64,000 nucleotides of DNA from Amoebophrya sp. A120 (lineage: Eukaryota > Protista > Dinoflagellata): assembly GCA_905178155.1 (NCBI GenBank), contig CAJINV010000004.1, positions 7,334,548-7,398,547 on the forward strand. The letters are read 5' to 3'. This document shows, piece after piece, positions 50,601 through 63,144 of the stretch. The position numbers were made by a program, and so were the translations under genes. The stretch's first letter is position 1. Each line of letters starts with the position of its first letter. Under the pieces are notes generated by a model, which saw nothing but the letters and a program-made list of their open reading frames with translations, was not told the DNA's origin and did no database searches.

Positions 50601-53600
50601 AGTGGGGCGAGCTCGTCAGCAACTCGACGACTTTCGCGAGCAGCAATTCCGAGAACCGCTTTGGCGGCAAGATCAACACGCACTGCAAGTTGTCTGGTAA
50701 ATGGTTGTTGGGACAGTGCAGAACGACCAGCTGCTCGTTGCACTGGCTCACGATCGACTTCGCGAACGGCACCTCCGGCAACGCCCACGCGGCCACCCGC
50801 CGGTTGTTCGGCTCCAAGGAGGCGAGTCGGTGGTGGATTTTGATGAAGTAGTCCGCGGACGGAGACTATGCAATACAAATTTCCCGTACATGTACAAGAT
50901 GCATCACAAACTTCACCGATTTGAAGTGTAAAACCTGTCATGCTGAACTAGGATCGAAGCCAAGTTTTGTCATGCAGAGACCGCATTTGTACAACGTGTA
51001 GTACAGGAGATCATTTACTGTGGATAGGGACCACGTCTGAATTCGCGCGAGCCGGCCGGCGCCCACACCGTACACTTTTGCGTCGAGTTGGAGTTTGGTC
51101 CCGGGGTATTCCTGCTCCAACAAAGTCAGCATTTTCGGCCGGGGCGTCACGCTCGGGTTGGTCGCCGCCGGGATTTCGTTCTGCAGGGTGGCCAGCACCT
51201 CTGCGGAAACCATAATGTCGAGCTTGTAGAGCAGATACGAAACGGAGTGAAAGGAGTTCGCGGGGGAGTTGGACACTTTGCAACTTCCGTCCTCCGCGGG
51301 CGTTTGGTTGTTCAGCGTGGCTCATGCAGTGCAAAAGCATCGCACTCGCTTCGTACTAATTGCGTTTATGCATTACAAATTTTTTTGTTAAGGCCAATCC
51401 GCATTACAAATTGAATTTGTAATGCTAAGTCAATTTGTGATGCAATTTATACTAGTACGTCACTTTTGCAGTTCATATGGCTTTCGCCTGGTTGGAGAGC
51501 ACGAGGTTGTTGGCGATGTTGCAAACCGCGGTCTTTTATGCATTGCAAACATGTCTGGGTCTGGAAACATGGAACTTGTAATGCTAGTCCTACACTCCTG
51601 TAAAATCTGTATTGCGTGACTAACAAAAAAGACGCCCTCCTTGGTCATACAAAAGCGCAGTTTCTCATGCGGACTGAGCATGAGAGAGCGTTCTGCAAAC
51701 TTGTCATGCTTGGCTGCATTGGCAAATATTTCAGTCATCCACGGCTCAGCATCGCAAATTTCCAGACCCAGACATTTTTGCATTTGATATCTTCACGTGC
51801 TGCTGTCTGGCTGCCCGCTGCTGTTGGTCATCCGTGTCGTTCAGCTGTCCACTTTGATGTCCTACTTCTTGGTCGCAGGGATGATGCTGTTTCTGAACAT
51901 CAAGCGATGTAGTTGTCCCGGCATTACCACAGGAGGTGCTGCTAATATTATTTCCTGTGGAGGTTCTTTTATTCCCTTCAACATCTCCACCTTCGCGAAG
52001 CGACGGCGACGATTCACAGTGAACCTTTGGCTGCGCTTGGGCTTGCGTGGTCCTCGTCGTGTCAGAACAATGCGGCATTTTTTCGGTCGTGAGGACACCT
52101 CTTTCTGCACAAGTTATTTCCTCAACAGCCTTGTTTGCACCCGCTGTGCTGCCCGCCCCTGCCTCCTGTCGTGGTGCTTCTGCGTCTTCAGTTTTCATCT
52201 TTGCGGAATCTTCTACCGAAGTAGTTGTGGTCATCTCGGCGGCAGCCGGCGCACTATCGCTTGTTGTACAATTGGAAGTGACCACAACCGTGGTGGCAGC
52301 TGTTACAACATCCGTACCGGTACCTGCATCCTCCTTACGACCAGCCTCGACGTCCTTGTCCCCCGCAGCCAAAGCCGTCGTTGCGTCTTCAGCAGTAGAA
52401 GTCGCAGCCTCGTGGTCTTTCTCCTCCTCCTGTGTGGTCACGACAAGAGCATCATCAGTTCTTTCCCCGGCGGCGGATAAAAGCTGCTCTGGCGCTGGTG
52501 CTTCATCACCACTCCTAGTTTTCGTGGTGCCCACAACATCAGGATTGTCCTGCTTGTTGGTCCCCTCGTTATCGTCGTTATGAGCTGGTGTGGCAGGATG
52601 CTGGCCATGAAGATCTTCGCCGTCTTCCTTCCTCGCAGGTGCAGGTGGTACGACCAGAGATTCGTCCTTCTCGGCCGGCGTTGTAGCAGCCTCGGTTTTC
52701 AAATTCTCTGGCTCTTCCCCGTCACTTGTGGACGACTCGAGGTGCAGCGGCTCGTGAAGATCCATGTCCTTGGACGATAAAGCGGATGAAACTGCGGCCT
52801 CTTCATGATGTTGCTGGTTAACGTTAACCTCTACTTCAGGAAGGGGGGACTGATGTTGGTGCTCTGACTCGTCTATCGAAGCGGTCTGGGCGGAAACATC
52901 TACTTCCGGAGATCGAGATGCAAATGCAGGAGCCGTACCACTTTTCAACCTTTCGTGCTCGTCTATTTCCTTTTCGTTTTCCATCGCTTCATTTGCATCC
53001 TCCATGACAACATCAGCTACGTCAACATTTGTGTTTTTGATGCCGTCGTGGTCCTCTACCTCTTGCTCTGCAACATTTACTATTTCTGCACCTGCGCACG
53101 GTGTGGGCGTCTCGTCCGCGTCAAGTTGCATTTCGGAAGCACAAGTCGCAGTCGGAAGAACGCACTGCTCGGGATTCTTCTCTTGCGCTTTTGAAAGACC
53201 GGTGTTCGCACTAGCAACATAATTCGCAGCTGAGTCAGATTTTTTCGCAGGAGTGTTGTCATCTTCATTTCCAACGACCTTGGAGACGCCGTCTTGGAGG
53301 TCGCCAATAGTTTCCATCCTGTTTGCATCGCCCTCCAGAGAAATCATACTCTGCGCCGCAGACAGGTTTTCGTTTTCGGCAGCAGACTTTTCGTCGGGCT
53401 CGGTGACACGCGCGTCCTCGGCCGTGGCAGGAGCTGCATCTTCGATCATATTACTGGTGGCCGCGCCAGTACTAGAAGTTTCCACAACTTTATTATTCGA
53501 CGTCGTCGCAGAGGTTGAGACTGTCGTCTCAGTGGTGTTGCATGTTGCTCCCTGTGGAACTTCCGCCACCGGGGAGGATGAGTCCGTGGCCGCTGCAGGA

Positions 53601-56600
53601 GGCTCTTGTAGCTCCATATCCCCTTCTTTCATTTCCACATCAACATCTTTGGCGGTGGTCGACGAGTCAACTTTTTTCTCGACGGAAGCTCGTGCCTTTT
53701 CAACAGAATCAGCTGCTCCTGCCTTCTCAACAGAATCAGCTGCTCCTGCCTTCTCAACGGGATCAGCTGCTCCTGCCTTCTCAACAGGATTGGGCACAAC
53801 AGCACCTAGCGCAACATTCGAGGAACTCGAACTGGGTTCAGAAGTACAACCTGCTTGATGTTGTTCCGCAACATTTTCTGCAGTTGGCGTTTTGGTTTTC
53901 GTCTCCACCACCGCATCAGCAGAAGGTGGACTTTCGGCCGCGTCCACCTCCGTGGTGTATTCAGCGTCTAAAATTTTTGCAATCTCCGCCGTCATGGCAT
54001 CCGTGGTGCCCAGTGCATTCGGGTCGGCCAGCAGTTGCGAAAGGTAGTCAGCCAGGTAATCGTCCTCTTGGCTTGATGTTCCGGAAGCTCCGGATGAAGC
54101 TGCTTTCTCCTGCTCACCGGCGCACTTCTCAACTTTATTTTCCTGGTTTTTTGCGTCCTGAGGCAGACCTCCTCCAGCACTACTTGCTTTTTTATCTTCG
54201 TTTCTATCTTCGTCCCTCTTGCCCTTGCTGAGAAGCTCGTTATCGCCTTCGCCAAGCGAACTGCATGTGTTTTTGGGCATATTATCCTTTCTGCTTTGAG
54301 CACGATGATGTCCACCCGCACCAGCAGCGCAGGCAGCGGCATCTTCGTCTTCCCCACACGGAAAATGCTTCTTGTTGATGATCCCTTGTTCGAGAGCAAC
54401 TTCTTCAGATACCGTGTTTGTACCTCCGGCCCCCTCCTTCTGCTCGTCCTGCTGTCGTGCTTCGACCGCCACGACCTCTTCCCCGTTCTTCCGTGATCGC
54501 TGTGTATCCAAAACCGACGTCTCTCCACTCTCTTGCTCGGCCAACAGGTTCCGCGTCCCGACGTGCTGCGGGCTGTGCTTCTGTTCCGTGGCAATCGCCG
54601 CGGCGTGCTCGAGCGAGGACAGGGAAATGGACGGCGGCGCGCTTGGATCGTAGGGGGCGGTGGGGGCAGCTTTGTCTTCGAGGGTGATCATATGAGTGAC
54701 AGTTGTTCTTGCTGAACTTCCGTCCGTCAGGATGTGACTTGGCGTGGTGGTGTCCTTCTTGGCCACGTGGTGCGAGATTGTGGTGATGGTACCACACGAC
54801 GTGGTCGTGATTGTCTTAACGTCGCGGACCTGCTGCTGTTGCCCACAGCTCCGGGGCGACGCCGCGGGGGAGGGCGAAAGACGCGGACTGCTGTTCACCG
54901 GAGACTGTTGCTGGATCAAAGCCTGCTGCAGAAAATCCAAGTTCTGGGCCGGCTCGAGAGGGGGCTTGATCATCTGCAGGCTGCTCGTGGAGCCGACGGC
55001 AGCGGAAAGATGAACGGCTCCTGGCTGATCGTGTCGCACTTGCACCCCCGGAGCTGCCGTGCCATTGGGATCTTGGAAGATGGTCGCTGTCGCTTGTGGT
55101 TGTCCACCAGCTTGTTGGGAGGACGACGTCACCAGAGTTGATGTCTGCTGTTGATGCCGCTGAGTAATAGTAGAACCACTCTGAAGAAGGAGATTCTGTC
55201 CAATAGTAGAGGCAGCTCCTGTAGTACTAGTTCCCGCCACTGCCGCACTCGACGTAGCAGTAGCGGCGACGTTGTTACAGCTTCCGTCCCCCCCTAGCAA
55301 CACGAAGTTCGGGTTCGTACTTTCCCTGTTGAAAGAGCCACCAGATGTTGAACCGTACTTCGGCTTGAACGGTTCCCCGTCCAGCATCTCATCGCGCATC
55401 GGCATCACCCGTTGCGAATGCGGCCGCGCAAACTGCTTACGTGCCTTGGCTGCCTCGGCCTGGCGATCGCGCTCCTTGTACATGCGAAGGGACTCGGTCT
55501 GAAGATGAAGTTTTGTGTTTGTCATTTTATTTGATAGTCGTATTTCGTCCAGATCATCTTCTTTTTGTTCCTTCTTATCATTTTTTCGTACAAAAATCTT
55601 GGTCTTTCGAGTTTCAACACCACAAAGGGACAAAGTTACTTTAGAAACACATCAGCAACCGCAAATCAGTATACACTTTCTATACATTGATCTTCTGCAG
55701 ACACTTGGAAAACGACGTGGCAATGGCTCCCGTGGTCCCCGTATGCAATGCAAAAGCATCGTACTAGTATAAATCGCATTACAAATTGACCCAGCATTAC
55801 AAATTGAATTTGTAATGCTGATTTGCCTTGAGAAAGAGATTTGTAATGCATGAATGCAATTAGTACGAGTACGATACTTTTGCACAGGATACCCCGACCA
55901 AGCTAGCAACCGGTGCGTGTTCGCCAACTTTTCCATTTCCAGGCGCTTGCAGACGTTCAGAGACAGCAAGCCGGCGATGTCCTTGACTTCGGGCAGGAAC
56001 GTGGTGCCCGCATTGTTCGCCGCGTTAATATTACTAGCAGCACAACTAGTACTTCCAGCGGTCGACGACGTGCCAGGAGTTGCGCCAGTATTTTGCACGA
56101 CAAACAAACTTTGCAGTACGCGCTCCGGAAGCAAAGCGTACACCACAATCTTGCCGTTCTTCAGTTCGGCCGCCGGCGCGTAGATCAAGGGAATCGCGTC
56201 GGAGATGTTCTGCACGGTACCTTGCAAGTAGACCGGAAACAGTTCTTGCTGCAGCAAAGTGATGCCGTTCAAGACGTTGACGGAGATGACCCGGATCCCG
56301 GATTGCTGCTTCACCTGCTGCAGGTTCTTTTTGTTGGCCTGCGCGAGGTATGACCTGCAAAAGTACCGCACACGTAGTGATTGCTATTATGCATGACAAA
56401 TCTCTTTCCTAAGGTAAAACAGCATTACAAATTTCATTTGTAATGCTGAGCGAATTTGTAATGCAATTTATACTACGTACGATGCTTTTGCATTTCATAC
56501 GAGGGATTTGGGGAGCATGAGGCACAGCTTCGTGATCACCTCCCCATTGTGGTACATGACCTGCGACGTCTCCTTGAAAAGCATCAACATGGAGTCGGGT

Positions 56601-59600
56601 ATCAAAAGGAAAAATTCCCCCACCCAATATCGAAATGGAAATCTGTAATGCGGGATTTGTGTACACAAATCGGCTTTGTCTTGCAGTAGAGGACTGCAGA
56701 CAGATACAAAGCCGGACTAGGGATGTTTTTGCGTAGAAGGCGCCTAGCAAGGTAGGGGCATTCTCTGTAGGCCGCACAGCATTAGAAATTGCCTGCAGAA
56801 CGCGGCGGGGTTTTTTGTTTGTCTTCTTGCAATACAGAGACGATTTGCATTTGTGACCTCAAATCAGCATCACAAATTTTGAGAAGTATCCCGCTCTGGT
56901 ATGGAGAGGGGGGATTTTTCCTCACAATATCGGGCGGTGTGAAAAACCGCCAGAAGTACGGCGTCTCCTCCAGTTGCAAGTCCCGTTCCTGTATGCATTG
57001 CAAAAGTATCGTAGTCGTAGTAATTGCAGCCATGGTGCATGAGAAATCTGGTTCCTATAGCTCATTCAGCATTACAAATTCCATTACTTCCTTCTGGAAA
57101 AGTTTGTAATGCTATTTCTACTAGTACGAAGATACTTTTGCGATGCATATCCTGCAGCACCGTGATGTCCTGGGGGAGCTGCTGCTGGGGCAACAGCCCG
57201 CCCGTCGTGCTGGTCGTCGCAGCGGAAATCGACGCCGTCGGTTGTGCAGCTGTTGCACTACAACTTGATAGCAGCGGAGCAACCACAACTGCGTTTTGGA
57301 TGCTGCTGCCCGGGGTCGTACTAGAGGCAGCGGCGGTAGTTGATGTGGTAGCAGAAGATGCGGATGGCGGTCCTGCTGTGGTACCTCCAGCTGCAGAAGC
57401 TGCACCAGCAAGAACTGCAGAGTTACCCCCTCCTGCTCCTCCTCCCGCGCCAGCTGGGCTACCCAAAGCAGCAGCTGCAGGCTGGTCCAAAGCCCGGATC
57501 ACAATGGGATGGGACGCGGTGCCAGAATTTCCGCCGGAAATTGTGATGGTATTCGGATTCGGCTCCACCAATTGTACCGCCGGTGGGCTCCTGATGCCGG
57601 TCTTTGCAGGAGCTGTAGTTCCCACCGCAGAACTTGCCGTTGGACTGCGACTCCGAAGTCTGCTGCTCGTCGTCCCTGTAGTAGTTGCACCTCGTCGTGC
57701 AGTATCCTGTGCAAAAGTATCTGATACTCGTAGCAATTGCGGTTATGCATTACAAATCTCCTTTCCAAGGTTAAACAGCATGACAAATTCAATTTTTCAT
57801 GCTGAGAAAATTTATTGCAATGCAATTTATAACTAGTACGATACTTTTGCAATGCATATGCAGCAGCGCTGGTCGTCGTCCCAGCACCTCCTCCTGCTCG
57901 CTGCCCGCACAGCAACCCGAACTGCATCGAGTCTGGATTATGCTGCGCCAGTCCACCACTTCCCTGGTGCGCACCAGCCGCGGGCGTAGTACTAGAGCGA
58001 GCATGATCCAGGTCAATATTACCGACTCCTCCGCGATGATCACTACGCACAGAACGGGTTCTACTCAACAAATGGGACGTCGAGTGGTCTGAATGAAAAT
58101 GTTGAAGACCTGGTGGCGTTCTGGATCTGGTCCTGGAGTTGTGTTGATCGTGCCCCGTACTGTGAGGTCCTGCGGCTCCAAAGGTGTCATGCGGAAGCTG
58201 CTCCACCACGGCCATCTTCTGGCGCGGCGTAGGAGCTGCACGGTGGGTGGAGCAACCGGGTGTCGTAGTTCCATGTTGTGTCGAATGATGATGTCCGCCT
58301 TGGACTACAACTCCAGGTGGCGGCCCGGTCCGTCGCGGCAGTCCTGCACCGTAGCGGTGGTCTTGGTCAGCGTTTTGAAGATCGTCGTAAGGATACTGCT
58401 CCTGCTGATCACCTCCCCGGTGGTGATCCTGTTGGGGACGATGTTGATCCAGCTGCAACAAAGTTGGTGGATACTTGCTCTTATGGCCCGCGGCCTGCTC
58501 TCGCTCTCCGAGATGTAGTTGTTGAGTTCCTGCAGGCGGAGGACAGCCACTGCGTCCCGCCAGCGACCTGTCCATCTTCAGGCTGTTACTGAAGAACGAC
58601 GATTTATTGATACGGTCTTCGTGGTGTGAGTCGAAGGGAAAATGGTGGTCACGTGCCGTCGTGCTGTGTGGCGGGTGATGCTGATCTAGTACTCGGTCGT
58701 GCAGATAATCATGATCACGAGGAAGGCTATGGTGGTCCAGGTGGTGATGATCCAGCACACCAGCCCGGGACGAAAGCTGCTGGTGGTCTAAACTCCCTGT
58801 TACGGCCGAAAGCTGCTGGTGTCCTAACTGCTCACCCCGAAGGTGGTGGAGTGCTCCACCTGGGGCCGCGGGGCCGCCACGGTCGTGCCGTCCGCCGTGG
58901 CGGTCTGCTCTACTAGGATGGTACAACCTGTTTTCGACGTCCCGGTGCGCTGCATCTGCTCCGGGGTACGGAAACGTGGATCTGGTCTGTGGAACTACAC
59001 CAGCGCTCGGAGGTCCAACTCCGTGGACATCATGGTCGTGGGCCGCAGATGAACTACCTCCTGGAAGATGATCACCTCCATGATGCTCCCGGTGGAAATT
59101 AAAATTGTTTCCACGACCACCGCCCCTGTGAAAATTGTCCCGGTGCTGGTCGTGGTCGTCCCCACCACGTCGAAGATGTTGATGCGGCATGCTTCTGCCG
59201 CTCGCGCTATGCATTGCAAAAGTATCGCACTTGTAGTAATCACAGTCACGCATTACAAATCTCCATCCCACGTTAAAACAGCATGACAAACTCCATTTCT
59301 CATGCTGAGTGAATTTGTCATGCGATTTCTACTAGTACGATACTTTTGCAGTTCATACGCACCCCGAGACGACAACACCGGATCGCCCCCGCCCCCGCCG
59401 TGCTCGGACATCGCGCGCTGCTGTGCCCAGAGCCGGCGGATGCTGTTTGGGGACCCGGTCGGGGACTTCTGGTGCCCCATGGGTGAGTGAATGTCATACT
59501 CCGAGCCGCCGCAGCCGCCCTGTGGTGATTTTTTCAAACAAAAGCAAATCATGTTACTTACAACGTGAACGTCAACTACGTTCTCGTCAACCGGAACGCA

Positions 59601-60150
59601 TATAAAACCAAATCTGTCCGACTAAAATGTTCCCCGCTTTCGTCTGTAACATCAGCACGACGACCAAGATGAACAACAACAATACCAGTGGCGCTACATA
59701 GTCGCACAGCAACTTGTGCACCGCCAAGCAGCAGGAGTCCAAATCCCCGTCAATGACCAGCAGCTCATCCGCCATGCCAAATCCCGCCACGTCATGCCGC
59801 AGGGAGCTCGGACTGTGGACGTGCTCGAGCGTCAAGATCGTGTTGGTGGACTTTTCGATGGACATCAAGATGTGCTCTCTACTCTCCCCATCGAGGTAAT
59901 TGTCGTGCTTGTGGTGGCCAGCACTTCCACTGCTGTCAAACATGCCCGTCCCGAGTTGCAATTCCGGCATAACCATCTTCATTTTGACGACAAATTCTTG
60001 CAACAGGGTGAACACCTGCTGGATTGCACGGGTAATGTTCTCGGTCGTGTCACCTATAATTGTTTTTTGTGTAGTTCGAGTTTTGGTTTTATCCAAAGAC
60101 CACCCCAACTGTTGAGCAAAAAAATGTACAAGTAAATAGTCGAGCTCCAT
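41651..60150 (-). CDS. Very large low-complexity multi-exon protein (possibly more than one gene)
   Basis: Chain of long minus-strand ORFs (586, 402, 251, 1261, 1295 and 596 aa) that break at introners; S/A/Q/H/K-rich with globular islands near 50580-51290 and 55900-56990; function unknown. Confidence 0.65.
44873..45031. mobile_element. Introner family A
   Basis: TIRs; TSD atttc. Confidence 0.9.
45948..46096. mobile_element. Introner family A
   Basis: TIRs; TSD gggta. Confidence 0.9.
49851..50104. mobile_element. Introner family B
   Basis: TIRs; TSD tgcca. Confidence 0.9.
51323..51477. mobile_element. Introner family A
   Basis: TIRs (left end cat); TSD tggct. Confidence 0.88.
51537..51789. 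mobile_element. Introner family B
   Basis: TIRs; TSD tcttt/tcttc. Confidence 0.88.
53692..53787 (-). repeat. Coding 27-bp minisatellite, (P/S)VEKAGAAD x~3.5
   Basis: tcaacagaatcagctgctcctgccttc tandem units. Confidence 0.9.
55742..55891. mobile_element. Introner family A (150 bp)
   Basis: TIRs; TSD ccccg. Confidence 0.92.
56349..56499. mobile_element. Introner family A
   Basis: TIRs; TSD cgagg. Confidence 0.9.
56600..56929. mobile_element. Introner family D
   Basis: Family D TIRs; TSD tcggg. Confidence 0.88.
56992..57149. mobile_element. Introner family A
   Basis: TIRs; TSD tcctg. Confidence 0.9.
57703..57858. mobile_element. Introner family A
   Basis: TIRs; TSD tgcag. Confidence 0.9.
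59208..59357. mobile_element. Introner family A
   Basis: TIRs; TSD cgcgc/cgcac. Confidence 0.88.
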
Positions 60151-60537
60151 TTTTCTTGGAGCGGAATGCTAAGGGAATTCGAATTGCTATAATTTCGCAC
60201 TAAAGCATGAGCATCACGAAGCAGAAACTATACCGCCAATCGCCAGTCTGCGTGGGGATTCCGAATCTACTTCCTGGGGCAGAAAGGCGACGCGGGTGGC
60301 ATTCGCTTTCAACCGCATGTCTTCCAAAACCTGTGAATGATATAGATATTTCACGACATGTTGAAGATTTGAAACTGGATTTTTATGTACCTCCACAACC
60401 ACGTCTACATCAGGAGTGTGAGAAGTACTATATGGAATGCTATTACTAGATGAAAAAAATAGACACGTCGACCACACTCGTCCCTAGTAAATTGCAGCAA
60501 AATGATCGGCTTAATTATACCGGCAAAGTAAACAATG

Positions 60538-63144
60538 TCACGTCGGATTTGGGGATGACAAGCTGGATGGAGTAGCGACAAGAAGGGCCGTTCGACGTGT
60601 CGTCGAAGCCGCCCTCGAAGATGCTCGTCGCGTTTGACAAGATCGTATCCAGCATATTTTCCTCGTCTCGCGACTGCCCCCGAGAACTACAACCCAGACG
60701 CAGCCGGAGCTTCTGCTGGGCGTTGTGGTTGTGGCTTCCGATGGAAACCCGGTGATATTGTGGAAGTCTGGTCGTGTTGCTGGTGTTCTTGTGATCGTGC
60801 AGATGAACAAGATGTGGTCCAGCATCACCATGATGGCCAGTTGGAGGATGATGTTGACCACCAGAACTACAACCCGACAGCAGAAACCCGTTGCTGCTCG
60901 CATCGCTGGCTGCGCGGTGCCGGAGGTCTTGCAGAGAGGCACCACGGTCGCGCAGGCGTTGATACGGACCCCCTCCGAGCTGGGGGAGGCGTGTATGGCG
61001 TTCTCAACTGTTACATTCTGAACTGTTACATGGATTTGTCATGCAAAGCCAGCAATAGGGAAAGGGGAAAGCTTGCAAGTCTTGCATCACAAATTTGGCA
61101 CGGATTTAGATGCTGTTTAGCCATTCGATGACTTGTCATGCGAAGCAGCTTGATCGTCTTGCGGATCATGGTCATTTTGCATGACAAATCATGTAACAGT
61201 TGAGAATGAAACATTTGAGAACGCCATAGCGTGGCGGGACGCCCTGGCGGTGCGGGTGCTGCGATGTAGTTTTTACGGTTAAAAAGTGCGCATTCACAAC
61301 TTGGATCACACATTCACGCATCGGTCGTGTCTACAAACATTAACATTTACCTGCTCAGGAGTCATGCAGCAACAGCATAAAAACGAAAACAAATACGAAT
61401 ACCCCTTTCCCGTGATGATCAGCCTTTTCGATGAATTCATTAATCGAGTTCAGCAGCGTGTGCATCGGTATCCTGAGTAAAAACGTACCCACACCAGAGT
61501 TGTAATGCAAATCTGCATGCTGAAAATGTTTCTCATGCGGAGCCCCATGAGAAGCAGTTTCTAGTCGTGTTTTGCAATTTGTCATGCTCCAATCAGCATG
61601 GTGTGCTAGGTCTGTGATGCTGCTGAGCTAGCTCAAACAGCACTACACTACGAATCCAAATTTGTGATGCAAAACAGCCAAAACCTGTGGATTTGTCTAG
61701 CCGATTCCCCATCTTGACTATGGTGTGGGTACGTTTTTACTCAGGATAATCGGGTCTTCGTAATTAATCTCATCGACCGGGGCGTACTCATCTGCATTTT
61801 TCATTTTGATTGCATGCAAAAAAACAAAGGTGTGAAATAAGGAATGTCACATGCACGATGCGCATTGACGAGAATGAAATCCAATCTGTCATACAGTGCT
61901 TGTGAAGCAACGACTGAATAGTTACCATCTGCCAACTCGTCTTCTTCGTCCTCCGCCCCCGGAGCGATAGTCTGATTCGCATGCGCTGGTGCGACGACAC
62001 CCGTATAATTTTCCGCTCCCGCCCCAGCGGCGCCGTTCGACATCATCCCTGCATTGATGATGTTACCTTGTTGCACCACTCCCCGTTGGTTGTGGGGTAC
62101 GGGCACAAGCTTCAAGCTCAGCGCGGAACAAGGTGGAGCAGAGCTAGCGTTGCCTTCTGGTTGTTCTTCTGCGTAGTTGTTTCTAGCACTGGGATTTTTA
62201 TCACAATCTGATGAAATAAGAGCCTTTTCTTCTTTATCCTCGTCGTCCTCCCGGTCCCGTGCAACTACAAGCCCAGCTGCTGGCGGGAGGGAGCATGGCA
62301 CCAAAGGCGCCTTGCTGTCAAGACCTCCCGTGTGGCGAAGGTCATGATCCTGCTGGAGGTCACCTACAACTTCATCTGCCATAATTTCATCGTGGCGGAG
62401 CTGCGACGAGAAACAAGCTTGACGCTCTTCGGGCTCGAATTCGGCGTTTCTAGTACCCGGACAACTGCAGTTGCAATCCTGATTTTCATCCACATACTCG
62501 TCCTCGTCCTCTAGTAGCATTTCGTCCTCCGACACCACCTCTCCCAGGATCCCCAAAGTTGCGTCCAAAGTCTCGATCACTTTGCTCTCACAGGAAGAGG
62601 TGGTCGACATCTCGAGCTGTACTGCAGCTTCGCGATGTTGATCATGTGCCAGATCGGGGGACGACGCGTGTTGAATCGCGTCTTTGATTTCCTGGTCGAG
62701 GTGGGCAGCTGGTGGTGCTCCTTCGCCCCCGGAGACCGCGTGAGTATCCAGAGGAATCATAGAAGCACGAGTAGAAGTAGCTCCGTGGCCGTCATCAGAG
62801 TTGATGATAGCCGAAAGGAGTTCCTGCTCCTGCTGCCCGTCAGAAGTGATCGCGATCTCACTGCACAAATTTTTCCCGGTTTCTGTACTAATATGTCGGT
62901 CGGAGGTCTTGAGCTCGGGCTCCTTGTCGGCACCAGAATCCTGCTGCTGCTGCGGCGTTGCCCCCGTCCCGAGAGCAGCGGTGCCGTCGTCGTTCTCAGT
63001 GCTGGCTATATTCTCTTGATGTAGCGGTTCCATTTGCAATTTCTTGTCGTCGTCGGTGTTCTCCGTGTTGTAGTAGTCCTCTCGTCCCGAAGTAGAACTA
63101 GAAGCTGGTCGTGGCAGAGTGGTAGTTTCTGCCGCGGTGGACAT
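60538..63144 (-). CDS. Hypothetical acidic low-complexity protein, multi-exon (3' end uncertain)
   Basis: Long D/E-rich ORF from MSTAAETT; precise removal of introner 61469-61748 gives INYEDPMHTLLNSINEF. Confidence 0.55.
60994..61228. mobile_element. Introner family E
   Basis: TIR tatggcgttctcaa; TSD gcgtg; homologous to 16475-16710. Confidence 0.9.
61469..61748. mobile_element. Introner family C
   Basis: Perfect 28-bp TIR tatcctgagtaaaaacgtacccacacca; TSD atcgg. Confidence 0.92.

Noticed and set aside
50580-51290. SPOC-like domain in the giant protein
   Set aside because: The resemblance is only impressionistic; it needs an HMM or structure search, so it was not assigned.
41625-59286. Numerous long plus-strand ORFs
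   Set aside because: They are antisense shadows of GC-rich low-complexity minus-strand exons and have no independent motifs.
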